A stretch of 32,475 nt of DNA from Rhizaria sp. SCN 62-66. Its lineage: Eukaryota. Every line of letters starts with the position of its first letter. Positions within the stretch are counted from its first letter, which is position 1. Below, piece after piece: positions 10,919-22,117 of this stretch. The position numbers were made by a program, and so were the translations under genes. The stretch lies in NCBI GenBank assembly GCA_001724265.1, contig MEDY01000449.1, positions 1 through 32,475 on the forward strand. Reading direction: 5' to 3'. The notes under the pieces are model-generated. The model searched no databases, was not told the origin of the DNA, and worked only from the letters and a program-made list of their open reading frames with translations.

Positions 10919-12000
10919 TTAGAAGAACTTCTTGGCAGTCTTGGCCTTCTTGAGCTCCTCGACAGCGCAAGTCTTGAAGCACTTCTTGTCCTTCTTGCAC
11001 TTGGTGGTGCAGGTCTTCTTGACGGCAGCCGGGAGGGGCTTCTTGCCCTTCTTGCCGTCCTCTTGGCAGCAGCCTTCTTGGGGTCGACCTTCTTGCCAGC
11101 AGCGCCGGCAGCGGGAGCGGCAGGGACGGCCGCGGGGGGCTTCTCGCCACGGAGGTGCATGATCTCGCCCTGGATCTTGGCGATGGTGTTGGCGATCTTC
11201 TTGCGGTTGTTCTCGAAGGCGTCCTGCTGAGCCTTGATGGACTCGAGCTTGCCCTGGACCATCTTGAGGTCGCCGGAGGCGTCCTGGAGGCGGTCAGCGA
11301 GCTGCTCCTGGATCTGCGCGTTGCGGATCTGGCGCTTCTTCTTGATGAGCTCCTTGATGTCCTTACGGATCTTGGCGAGGTTCTTCTTGACGTTCTTGAC
11401 CTTCTTCTTGTACTCGACGACGATCTTCTCGACCTCCTTAACCCAGTTAGACTCGCGCTGAGCCTCACGGAGCTTGGCCATGATGTCCTCCTTGACGGCG
11501 GTCATCGCAGCGGCGAGCTTCTTGAGCTTGCCCTGGTCGGCGCCCGCGGTGGCGTCGGCGGTGGCAGCAGCACCGGACTCGAGGAGAGAGTGCTCAGCCT
11601 CGAAAGACGCCTGGGAGGCGATCTCGCGCTGCTGGAGCTGGCGCAGCTGGTTGAGCTGCGCCTCGTACTGAGCAATCTGGTCCTGTGAAAGGGTGTGTAG
11701 GCAAAGCAAACGGAAAGAGACAGAGAAAAAAGGTGAGATGAGTGATCAAGATAACCTTGTCATTCGAAGACGTGACTCTGCATTGCCCCTCGCGGACGAG
11801 GGAAAGCAGGAGCAGGTTGGGAAAAAAGAGGTGGAGGCAAGTGTTGGGGGCAGGGTGGGGGCCCAAGGAGGAACTTTGCAGAGGTAGTTGAAGGGTAAAA
11901 CGGGGGTGGAACGTACGGAGTGCTCAATAGAGAGGTCAGTCGCAAACGCAACGGACAGAAGCGCGACGCACACAGCCAAAATGGCGGCAGTCCACCTCAT
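10919..12000 (-). CDS. Secreted coiled-coil protein with Lys-rich, 4-Cys C-terminal tail (~282 aa); exons 12000-11917 and 11682-10919, with an apparent 1-nt deletion at 11060-11061
   Basis: Signal peptide MRWTAAILAVCVALLSVAFA. A GTACGT...CACAG intron (11916-11683) is in phase 0. The body is a long heptad-rich helix. After GCC AAG AG, the same codon bias (AAG, GCC, TGC) resumes in a shifted frame: DGKKGKKPLPAAVKKTCTTKCKKDKKCFKTCAVEELKKAKTAKKFF-TAA. Confidence 0.8.
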
Positions 12001-12703
12001 AGACACACTTTTTTCGAGAGCAGCAAGGTTGGTCGGGAGGGAGGAAGGAGAGCAAAGGAGTGAGCAAAGCGGCATCATAGCGAGCAGCAGCGAGCGTCGC
12101 AGCACATGTGAATACAATGTCAAGGTAATGTTTCGTTTTATCAACGCGGTGGATATACTCAGGTTCAATTACAGCCTTGTTGTCGTCCACTTTGGTCGAA
12201 AATTAAATTCTGTCCCCTCTCGACCGACCGACCAACCGAACCCTTACATTTTCGCCCGACCCAGCCAGCTGCCCACGGTCACTTTGTTTTTTCGGTCCAT
12301 TGCCACACTAACACCCAGTTTTTTTCGTTGATTTACTCATAGCTCATAGTGGCATTTACTGTTTCACAAGAAAGTGATATTTCAAGAAGCGAGCTACTTT
12401 GCCATATTCAAAACTAGTGATATTTTACTTAAACGCGACTGGTGTCCTCGTCAAAGCATGAGTTTTATGTATGCCGCCTCGCTATTTCATCAACATAAAT
12501 TACCTAAACAAGCCACTTATCAAGCCTGAAGAAGGTCCAAGACCATCACCAAGTTAAAAAAAATTAATGAAGTCACATTAACAGCACTGAGACTAAACAA
12601 CACAAGAGACAAAGATGTCTCTCATCATCACGCACTAAAATAAAAAATAAGCAAAGAGAACACTGAGTCCTTACTCCCTCGATCACCACACTCCGGCGAT
12701 GAT

Positions 12704-13879
12704 TCACTTCTTGTTGCTCTTGTTGATCATGCCCAGCACGTTGGCCTTGTACACGGGGTCCTGGTAGGAGTGAGCCTGCGAGTCGGCCTCGCGCAGTAGC
12801 GCCTTGTCGAGCCCCTCGTCCTGCTGCGCGCGCAGCGTGCGCAGTAGCGCCAGCTGCGACACGGTCGTGTTGGCCACCAGCTTGCCCGCGAGCTCGCGCG
12901 CGGCGGGCAGCAGCTCATCGGCGGGCAGCGCCGCCACGACGAGCCCCTCGGCCTTGGCCTCGGGGCCGGAAATCATGTCGCCCGTGAGCAGCAGCCTGTT
13001 GGCCGTTTGCGGGCCGACGATGCGCGGCAGGAAGTGCGTCGCGCCGAGCCCCGGGTGCAGGCCCAGCTTGGAGAAGGTAAAGCCCATGTAGGTCGAGTCT
13101 GCAATAAGGCGCATGTCGCAGGCCAGCGCGAAGCACGCGCCCGCGCCGACGCAGGGACCGTTGATGGCCGCGATCGTGGGCACTGCAGTACGGCAGGGGA
13201 GGATTTGAATTTTGAGGGCACAGAGAGCAAAGACAAGGACGACAAAAGATATGCGTGAGATAGACAATAAGGTAAACTTCTTTTCATATCATATCAAGAT
13301 TTGATGGCGATTTAAATTTACTATTATGACTAAAATTGCATTAGTAAATTCGTGTTGTTCGGGGTTTGAGGGAGTGCTCAGCAAATGCAAGCGATAAGCA
13401 GCAGATAGCTGTCATTGATGATGAACTTAGAGCGTACCAGGAACCTTGCGGACGGAAAGAAAGCGGCTGTAAAAGCGGGTCATCTCCTCCATATTGTTGC
13501 GCACGGTATCGTTGGAGCGGTCGAGAAGGAACTGGAGGTCGCCGCCAGAGGAGAAGGCCTTGCCGGCGCCGGTGAAAAGCACGGCCTTGACCACGTCCTC
13601 GGGCTTCTCATCGGTGACGGACGCGGAGACGTCGGCCATAATGCGCTGGAAAAGGTTGCCCATGTCCTCGGTCATGGCGTTGAACGTCGCGGGGCGGTTG
13701 AAGGTGACGGTGAGGATGTTGTCCTTGAGCTCCGTCAGCAGCGGCGAGTCGGGCTCGCACGCGAAGCGCGCCGAGGTCGAGACCGCAGAGCTGGAGAACA
13801 GACGCGCAGACGCAGGGGTGCGCAGGGAGCGCAGGCAGCGCGCGAAGCGGGAACCAGAGGCGATAGAGCGAGACAGCAT
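12704..13879 (-). CDS. Mitochondrial enoyl-CoA hydratase/isomerase (crotonase superfamily), 306 aa; 2 exons (13879-13438, 13182-12704)
   Basis: Arg/Ser-rich presequence MLSRSIASGSRFARCLRSLR. Crotonase motifs TFNRPATFNAM, FTGAGKAFSSGGDL, VPTIAAINGPCVGAGACFALACDMR, KLGLHPGLGATHFLPRIVG and LLLTGDMISGPEA. Phase-1 intron at 13437-13183. Confidence 0.95.
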
Positions 13880-14384
13880 GCGGGAAACGCGAGCTGCGCG
13901 AGGAGGCGAGGGGCAGGAGTGTGGTCGATGGTGAAAAAGGACGTGGGAAGTGAGCTTAATGATATCCAATTTCAGAGATAACTTAGGAAAATACTACCAA
14001 GAAGAAGTTAGTGCTATTCTGCATGAAAGAAACATCAGTGACGTTAGACGCATCTGAAAGAGCATTTGTTTCTGTGGGCCTTCACAGGGCCTGACCGCCA
14101 GCCACTCGAAACAGACCTCCACCACGCCCACCACGGCAAATCAGGACGGATGAAAGAGAGGCATTATAACGCAATATCCAACGTCCAAGTGTTTTATACG
14201 CTGCTGAATAGATAGTCAATGTGCACATCTCCTTGCTAATTTTAGTCATTTTCTTCGCTGACTGATCCTTTCCTCGCTATTCTTACTTTCTCTCGCCAGT
14301 CTTTGAACCCTCCGAGCGTACGCAGCCAGTTCCTGCATCTCGCTTTGTGGCCCTGATAGAGCTTCGTTTGACCATAAACTGAAG

Positions 14385-15836
14385 ATGACGGCATCTTCTT
14401 CTTCTGCGCTTGCGGCCTCGCAACGCAGTCAGCTCGTCTCTTTTGTACTGCTGTCCATCGGAGGTACGTTTTGTCAACCCCACCTCTCCCGCGCTTTGAA
14501 CCACCCACGCACCCTCGCACTCTCGGCGTTTATCCTACATCTCACATGACTGAAACACATCATTTCTCATGCTCATCCACTTCATTCCCTATTTTTGCTT
14601 TTATTTGCACCCGTTTTGTCTCCAGTGCTCGTGTTTTTCATTCTGGCGTCGCTGTGGGAGGAGTCGATCACTTCGCGCCCCGGGTTCCGCTTCGGATGGT
14701 TCCTCACCCTCGTCCAGATGCTCTGCATGACCGGATTCGCTCTCGCTGAGCGCTGGGTACGTTCGCAACGCTTTAACCACTCACAATCTACATTATTCAT
14801 GTTGTCAGGCTCTCCCGGTTCATTATGTTTGTCTTTGCTTTCCTATATTGTCGTCTCTCTCTATTCGTCGTTGAACTCACTCTGACTCTCCGCTCTTCCG
14901 CCTGCGTCTCCCTGCTCGTGATGTTGCTCTTTAGTACTACAACGAGCCCCGCTGGCAGCACAACGCGCCCCTGTCGCGGCATTGGATTGTTGCGGGCGCG
15001 ATGACCGTGTCGCGCGGCCTCACCAACGTCTCGCTGCTCTACCTCAACTACCCCACGCAGGTCGTCTTCAAGTCGCTTAAGCTGCTCACGGTCATGATCG
15101 GCTCCGTCATCTGGGTTGGCCGCTCCTACGCGCCGATGGAGTACGTCGCCACGTTTCTCACCGTCTGCTCGGCCGCGCTCTTCGGGCTGGGCGACGTCGC
15201 CGTGTCGCCGAAGTTCGAGTGGATCGGCATCATCATCGTGCTGCTCTCGCTCGTCGGCGACTCGATGCACTCCAACTCGCAGGAGACGCTGCTGCAGGAC
15301 CACAAGGCCTCGATCCGCGAGACGATGGTATACTCGAACTTCTTCTCCGCGCTGTGCTGCCTGGCCGTCACGATCGTCACGGGCGAGCTCTTCACCGCGC
15401 TGGCATTCTGCCGCGACAACCCCGTGGTGTGGGTGCTGATCCCTGCGCAGAGCCTGCTGCAGTACCTCGGCGTGCTCTGCTTCGTCACCTCGATTAAGAG
15501 CTTCGGCGTCGTGCTTGCGACCACGGTCACCACGGTGCGCAAGATCCTTACCGTGCTGCTGTCCTTCTTCATCTACCCCAAGCCCTTCAACGACAAGTAC
15601 AAGCTCGGCATCGTGCTCTTCTTCGCCTCCTTCGCCATCCAGTACGTCGTACAAACCTCGCAGATGCAGAAGGGGCTTGGAATCGGCCACCAGGCCGGCA
15701 ACAGCAAGCCTGGCGCGGCCGCGGCCGGCGGCGACGGCGGCAGTGACGACGGCAAGGGCGTGCACACGGCGTTGCCGACCACCGACATGGACGACAACGA
15801 CGAGTTCGAGGACGAGATTCCCATCACTAGCGCGGG

Positions 15837-15867
<31 letters not shown>

Positions 15868-15984
15868 CTCGGCATCAACAGCGGCGCCGGTAGCGGCGGC
15901 AGCGGCAAGGCCAAGGCCGGGTCCGGGGGCGTCTCGTATGTGCCTGCCGCCGTCGTCGGCGACTCGGACCTCGACGTCGTTTGA
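14385..15984 (+). CDS. UAA-family nucleotide-sugar/PAPS transporter, SLC35B3 (PAPST2)-like, 419 aa; 3 exons (14385-14463, 14626-14756, 14935-15984)
   Basis: Multiple TM helices. Motifs GWFLTLVQ, GLTNVSLLYLNYPTQVVFKSLKLLTVMIG, FGLGDVAVSPKF and TTVRKILTVLLSFFIYPKPF are typical of PAPST2/UTr2-4. Both introns keep the frame. Confidence 0.9.
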
Positions 15985-16645
15985 ACGATATATATATTAC
16001 TCCGCTTTCAAGAAAGAATAAGTTTTCACCTTGTCGTTTATTAAGACGGCGCACCTTGATTGCACACATCGTCAGTAAAGTTGACAACGAGTGACAAGTT
16101 ACACATCGTTGTTCGCCAGTGAGTAGTTTCATCTTTTGTTTCCGACATTTAGCATTTGATACCTGGATGTATCAGTTTGTCATATTGAGTGAATTTCATT
16201 TCTCATTTTTTTTCCTGGTTTGCGTGCGTGTCAACAACATGTATGTTGGCACTGATTGACACCCGTATTGACTCTCTTTCCAGGGATGAATATTTTCCTA
16301 ATCGAGTGTGCAGTCCTCTTTTTAATTCGACATATTTGCCTCTGTTACTTATATATATATATTATTCAAGATATACACAGTTTTGCATTTTATATTCGCT
16401 TATGTGCCAACAATATCTAGATGTTTTGCAAAGGTCGCTGAAGGCCATAAATGAATCAATTGAAGGCACAGCACAGTTCCAAACACGCACGAGAAGCAAA
16501 CGTCCGATTTCACACCCATACATACATCTATGTACATCTTTGACAAAGTTCAGGCAAATAAATTCACATCGCAGTGTTTCCGAAAGGAAGCGTCGTGTCT
16601 GCTATTGTTTACGTAGTTCTTACTCGCAGTCAACACTGAAGCATT

Positions 16646-17161
16646 TCAGTTGCTGACAGGAGCAGTGACCTGGACCTCAGCAGCATCGGCGGCGCCAGCA
16701 GCCTTCTCCTCAGCAACCTTGGCGCGCTTGACGTTGACGCCGGTGGAGCCGAAGCCGCCCTCGCCGCGGACCGAGTCGTCGAGCTCGGCCGCCTCCTCGA
16801 CCTCGGCCGTCTCGTAGCGCTCCAGGATGAGCTGCGCCACGCGGTCTCCCTCGGCCACGGCGAAGTCAACGTCGCTGAGGTTGAAGAGGATCACGCCGAC
16901 GTTGCCGCGGTAGTCCTGATCGATGACGCCCGCGCCGACGTCGATGCTGTTCTTCCACGCCAGCCCGGAGCGCGGCGCCACGCGCCCGTATACGCCCACG
17001 GGCATCTGGATCGCGATGTCGGTCTTGATCAGCGCCTTGCCGCGCGCGGGGACAACACCAGTGTGCGCGGCAAAGAGGTCGTAGCCAGCGGCGTACGCGG
17101 TGCCGCGAGCGGGAAGGGTAGCCTTCTCGCTGAGCTTCTTGACGAGGAGCTTCATGGACAT
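16646..17161 (-). CDS. DUT: Trimeric dUTP diphosphatase (dUTPase), 171 aa, intronless
   Basis: All five dUTPase motifs are present: [37 protein letters not shown] and [10 protein letters not shown]. Confidence 0.97.
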   Translation of the reverse strand: MSMKLLVKKLSEKATLPARGTAYAAGYDLFAAHTGVVPARGKALIKTDIAIQMPVGVYGRVAPRSGLAWKNSIDVGAGVIDQDYRGNVGVILFNLSDVDFAVAEGDRVAQLILERYETAEVEEAAELDDSVRGEGGFGSTGVNVKRAKVAEEKAAGAADAAEVQVTAPVSN

Positions 17162-17606
17162 GAGGAACTGAGGTGCGACGTCAAAGCGAAATGATGTGCA
17201 GTGAGGAAAAAGTTTTGTTTTTGTTAGTATAATTTAATGAGAGTGACTTTTAAAATGTTTTAAAACGGAATATCGCAATATTAACGGGCTTGACGAAGAA
17301 TTGATTGCATATCACTCGTGACAAAGTTGGGGTCAAGTTGGGCGCGAAGCGACCTGGCAGCGGCAGGTAGCTCGCAGTCGGTGGCGACCAGGCAGGGTGT
17401 CCGAGGTCCGCGGCATGGTCCACGAGCCGCTTCGTTATCGGATCAAAGCGAACGTCACTATGCTTCGTAGTTTTGCCACGTTGCTATCCACACTGGTTTC
17501 GCTGTACTCTATTAACACTTTGTCTTGAGCTCTCGTCTATGATGCACACACTCATCACTTTTTCCCGTCCGTTTGTCTCTTCACGTTAGCAGGTTCACCA
17601 CTACCA

Positions 17607-18043
17607 ATGTCCAAGGGTAACAAGGCGCACGACGTCTCGATGGCTCTCAAGGAGACTGAGGGTGTTCTCCTCAGCGCTGAGCAGCAGAAGAAGGTACGCA
17701 GCTGCGCTTTCGGACTCAAGTAAACTCCCCCAACACCCCCTTAGCTCTTGCTCACTCTTTATTACTCTTGTTGACTCGTTTTCTTAACACACTGTTCTCT
17801 CTTGCTGCCCCTTAGGCTAACGAGGCCCTCGTCACTGCGATGAAGGACGCGAACGAGGAGGCTCTTCGCCTCAAGGCTCAGAACACTGAGCTCCTCAAGA
17901 TCAAGGTGAACCCCGAGGATGTCAAGTTCCTCGTTGCGCAGCTCGAGCTCGACACGGCCACCGCGGAGCGCATGCTGCGCCTCAAGAACAACGACGTCAA
18001 GGCCGTCGTCAGCGAGTTCATCACGCCCAGCACCACCGCGTAA
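17607..18043 (+). CDS. HYPK: Huntingtin-interacting protein K (HYPK)-like protein with C-terminal UBA, 104 aa; 2 exons (17607-17693, 17816-18043)
   Basis: C-terminus ELLKIKVNPEDVKFLVAQLELDTATAERMLRLKNNDVKAVV matches the HYPK UBA pattern LxxVKIxxEDVxxIxxELExxxxxAERxLRxxxGDV. Phase-0 GTACGC...TTAG intron. Confidence 0.85.
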
Positions 18044-19297
18044 TTTTCTGTGGTGTTTTTGTTACTTATATCGATCGTCGCAGAGGGGATGCAACGTCGG
18101 GACCGATTAAAGCTTTGGTCTTGCACTTTGAAGTTTGCTGCGCGCCTACCTACTACATTCGTTTGTTCTTTATTTCGATCTTTTTTTGAGTCTATTTTTC
18201 TTTTCCTTCTTTTTCATAGCATACACATTTCTTTTCAAAGAAATCTTTCAATCAGGCATTCCTGCTATCATTGCGTAGTTCCTATGTGCGTCTGAATGTA
18301 CGATGTGCTAACGCGACAGTATCGCAAGGTGTGGCGCATCTGCACGACTATGCGGTATACTACGTCGTCTTTAATGATGACACATATCAATGATTCTGCT
18401 GTCGAGACTCAGGAGGCGGTTGGTTGTGCAACAGGGCCACTGCCACAGTCCACCATTTTCTTTTTCTATCATGAAGAGGTCCAGGTTAGACACAGGATCG
18501 ATTAAAACTCGCGGTGATCAATTCTCATATAGAAACTTCCAAAGCTTGATCGTTAATCCATTGAAGCCCCTCCATCAAGTACAATAATCCAAGGAAGTGC
18601 GCCAGTGTGCCTTGCGATTCTTGAAACCCGCAGCGAGAGTGTTACTGTACAGTACTCAAAGTAGATACCAGGCATAAGAATGATTGTATAAAACAAAGAT
18701 TTACACACATTATATCAGTCAACGCTATTACACTCCCGTTTCAAGCTGTTTTAGAAAGCGGACACGTGTTTTTTTCTGCCCCACAGAAGGCCAGTTTCTA
18801 TTTGTGGTCAGAACGACAAAAATACCACGCTCTCTCCGTTTTGTCTGCTTTGCGGAGACAGGAGAAGTGGAACCACAGTCGAAAATTTTGCCACTCAGCT
18901 TCTCATGTTTTGACTCACCGTTTTGATATTACACTAGCTAATTCTTATAGCACCGCTTGCGTTCGCCACTGACACAAATTGCCATGCACGAATTCGCGCT
19001 TTACTGCGGTCAAACATGACTTTCTTTTGGTCGACAAAAGTCGTTAGGAAGTGCCGCGAGGCAGTTGATTTTTGGCACTTTAAACGCTTTTCAGTCGCTA
19101 TTTAGAAGTATTTCTGCGTTTTTTCCAGTGTATTTTTACTTATCTAGTGGTTTTCGTTGTTTAATTTAACTTCTATCACAGAAGTATAGCACAATCTCCC
19201 TTTCCCCGTCCGTTTCTCGACGCGCTCAAACTCACTTGCTTTGCTTCAACGGTCTCTCTTGCTTCTTGCTCTCTCTTTGCCTTTTGAAAGACATTCC

Positions 19298-20564
19298 ATG
19301 AGGGTTCTTTCGACTCTTCTTGTGCTCGCCGCCTTTGCGATGACCGCGTTTACCTCGGCGTAGTTGTTGGCTGTTTCGTACCGCTTCGAGAACGCCACTG
19401 CAACTGCCAAGCAAACTATTCTCTCTGCCAACATCTCTCTGTCCAGCAACATTCAGCTCTCCACGAACGAGATTGTCACCATGGTTCTGCCCAACGCCTT
19501 TGACAATGCGAACAGCCAGATTTCTGACGTCACCTGCAAGCTCTCAAGTCGCACCCAGAGCCTTACGTACTCCTCTTCGTGGTATTATTCCGGCAACACG
19601 TTCTTTGAGACGAACGGTACTGCAAATAACCTCGTCATCGGTGTGAACCTCACTCAGTCCATCACCGCCAAGAACATCTTCCTTACTTGCCGCCTTAATC
19701 TTCCCGCCAATGGCGTCTACTCTGTGACCACCTTTGCTGGCACTAACCTCGAGGACACCTCCGGCTACATGTCCAGCACGTCTGAGCAGACTCTGTACTC
19801 GGGCCTCCAGAGTGTCGCTGCTGCCGCGTACAAGATGACCTTTGCCTCGACTACGGCGACCACGTGGACTCTGTACCTTGCCACCACGCTCTACTTTGCT
19901 ACCCTCACTGACTCCAACGACCGTTACTTGACTAACGGTGTCGGCATTTACAACGCAGATTTCTACAACGCAACTAAGTACGACAAGGATGAGAGTGAGA
20001 GCACCCTCGCCCTCGACTTCATTGTCACGCCGTCGATGGACACCACTGCCTCTGACTTGGTTTCCTTCATGAAGCCGAACACTTTTTACGCGAATCTTCG
20101 CAGCTTCGTGACGACTTCCAAACAGCCCATGACCTCCGGCTCTGTACGTAACATCATATCTTGCTTGGATCCGAATAATCGTGTTGTTCACGTGAGCATT
20201 GATGCAAATTTATATGTTTACGTTTTCTAAACTATTTCGCCAGTTTCATTCTCTCAACGCGATTATTTTATGTTACATTTTTTTTTTCTTTTCCATTCCG
20301 TCTCGATAGTCCGAGCTCAAGTCTATCCCCGGCACCTGCTACGACGGCAAGATGGACGGCTTTGAGTCTGACGTTGACTGCGGCGGCAGCGAGTGCTACG
20401 CCTGCAACTTGAACCGTATTTGCGACTACAGCTCTGACTGCTGGTCGGGCGTCTGCTCTGACGCCAAGTTCTGCGTCAACTCGGCCCCCGCTGCTGCTAC
20501 CTCCGGCATCGCCATGACCGCCGCCGCCGTTGCTGCCGTCGCCGTCCTCTTCTTTGCTCTCTAA
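19298..20564 (+). CDS. Surface protein paralog A (signal peptide, beta-rich ectodomain, Cys-rich ETDVDCGG-type module, GPI-like tail); exons 19298-20143 and 20310-20564; in-frame TAG at codon 22
   Basis: N-terminus MRVLSTLLVLAAFAMTAFTSA*LLAVSYRFENAT. Shares LP..F, CKLS..T, CRLNLP and PGTCYDGK.D..E.DVDCGG.EC..C with paralogs B and C. Hydrophobic C-terminal AAAVAAVAVLFFAL-TAA. TAG is at 19361-19363. Confidence 0.8.
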
Positions 20565-22117
20565 GCTTATCTCCCAAACGCATGTGTCGCAGAGCAAGTG
20601 TCGCTTTGTGATGCCTTGATGACTGTGATGTAGACCGGTTGATAATGTATTAGTAATGGTCTCATATTTGGAAATTTGGAACACTCAGTGCCAAATTTAC
20701 ATTTGCACTTCGTAGTATTTGTAATAAGTGTTTGAAAGGTGGATCAACACGATTGTGGTCGTCATTACTAATGCCGATCGTTGACCGCGTGATTCTCTGT
20801 CAAACTTGCATGTGCAGCTTTGATCAGCTTCAAACTCCATTCATGCGATTATCCAGTGTCTTTCACGCTATTTCAGCCGAGTCATGTTGCATAGTGTTTT
20901 CCAGATGTGTGACAAACGATCACCGTCACCGGTGTATCATAGTCCCCACATTTCACAGATAACACGCCATTTGGTTCTTCTTGTTTTTAATGACACGAGT
21001 GACATTCCTGTTTCATATCTGTTGTCTTTTCGAGAAAGTTAAAATATTTGAGATGCTATTTGTTCTTTGAGTGTTTTTATAAGCACACAATCATACACTG
21101 TTGCACTTTCATCCTGTTGTTCGGACGCACAATTATCCCATTTGAAAAGCAGGCACTAATCACAGAAAAATCTCTGGGCCAACAAGTTTTGTATTGTTGA
21201 GCAACTATGTTACAAATAAATAATTTTGCGTGAAGTGTGGTACGGAAGCGTGCCAACAGCTTCAGCAAGCTCTGTCATAATGAAGCACGAACACGTGTCT
21301 GTTGTGGACTGTGTGGCATTCTTGTGAGCGAGAATACGAGAGGAGGCGAAATATCAATCACACTGGAAACGCTAAGACAGCAGCGCAGGGAGAGCAATGA
21401 AAGAAACGAAAACAGTCATGTAGCATCCTTCTCTAGACACGCAGTACAGTCAGAAAGACAGAAAACGCGCCTGTGCACCAGAACAGAGAAAGGGAGTCGC
21501 CAGTCCCACACGCTTGTGCCTCGTTTGTAAACACGCCACAAACAAACACGACGACAGACGGCGTTGAAAACCGAAAAGCAAGACATGAAATAGTGTGAAC
21601 AAGGAAGAATAATAATCATAGGGGAGGAGAGTGATGTCCAATTACGACACCGATTCACAAATGACTGTCTGTAAAATGCGAACGATTGCGAGAGTTAGAG
21701 TGATGAAGAGTAGATGGGAAACGAAGTATCGATCCATGAGATTCACTCAAAAGTGACCTGCTTGCCTGGAGGAAAGTGAAAAAATAATAATATTTGCATT
21801 GATAAGGCTTGTGTTGTCATCCAGTAAGCCTTGCCACTTAAAGACAAACTAAACGGCACGCAAGAGAGTTGTGTAATGTTTGGAATCAAGCAGTATTGAA
21901 AATGTCGTGAATGTCAAGTTGACAACTGTGTAGCGATAATGGGTACAATGCACATTGAAAGATACAGTATATACAAAGCACAACAACACACGAGTCCAAA
22001 ACTCGGTATGATTGCGCACTATGCTGGGAAAAAGAAGAAAAACAATGATTTCTTGCCTTATTGTTGTAATTGTGATGGATTGCGATGCGAAGCAGTTGTC
22101 GTTCGTTATTGCTGACC

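Noticed and set aside
10849-11059. Arg/Ser-rich protamine-like tail of ORF 10849..11709
   Set aside because: It is out-of-frame read-through after the 1-nt deletion. The codon-biased tail is in another frame and ends at 10919.
14797-15765. 322-aa minus-strand ORF
   Set aside because: Antisense shadow of the transporter exon.
16646-17161. Intronless dUTPase as a sign of an endogenous virus or retroelement
   Set aside because: Codon usage is host-like, the neighbours are housekeeping genes, and there are no capsid, integrase, RT or terminal repeats nearby.
21700-21706. GTGATGA box C-like motif suggesting a C/D snoRNA
   Set aside because: There is no CTGA box D or terminal stem within the following ~150 nt.
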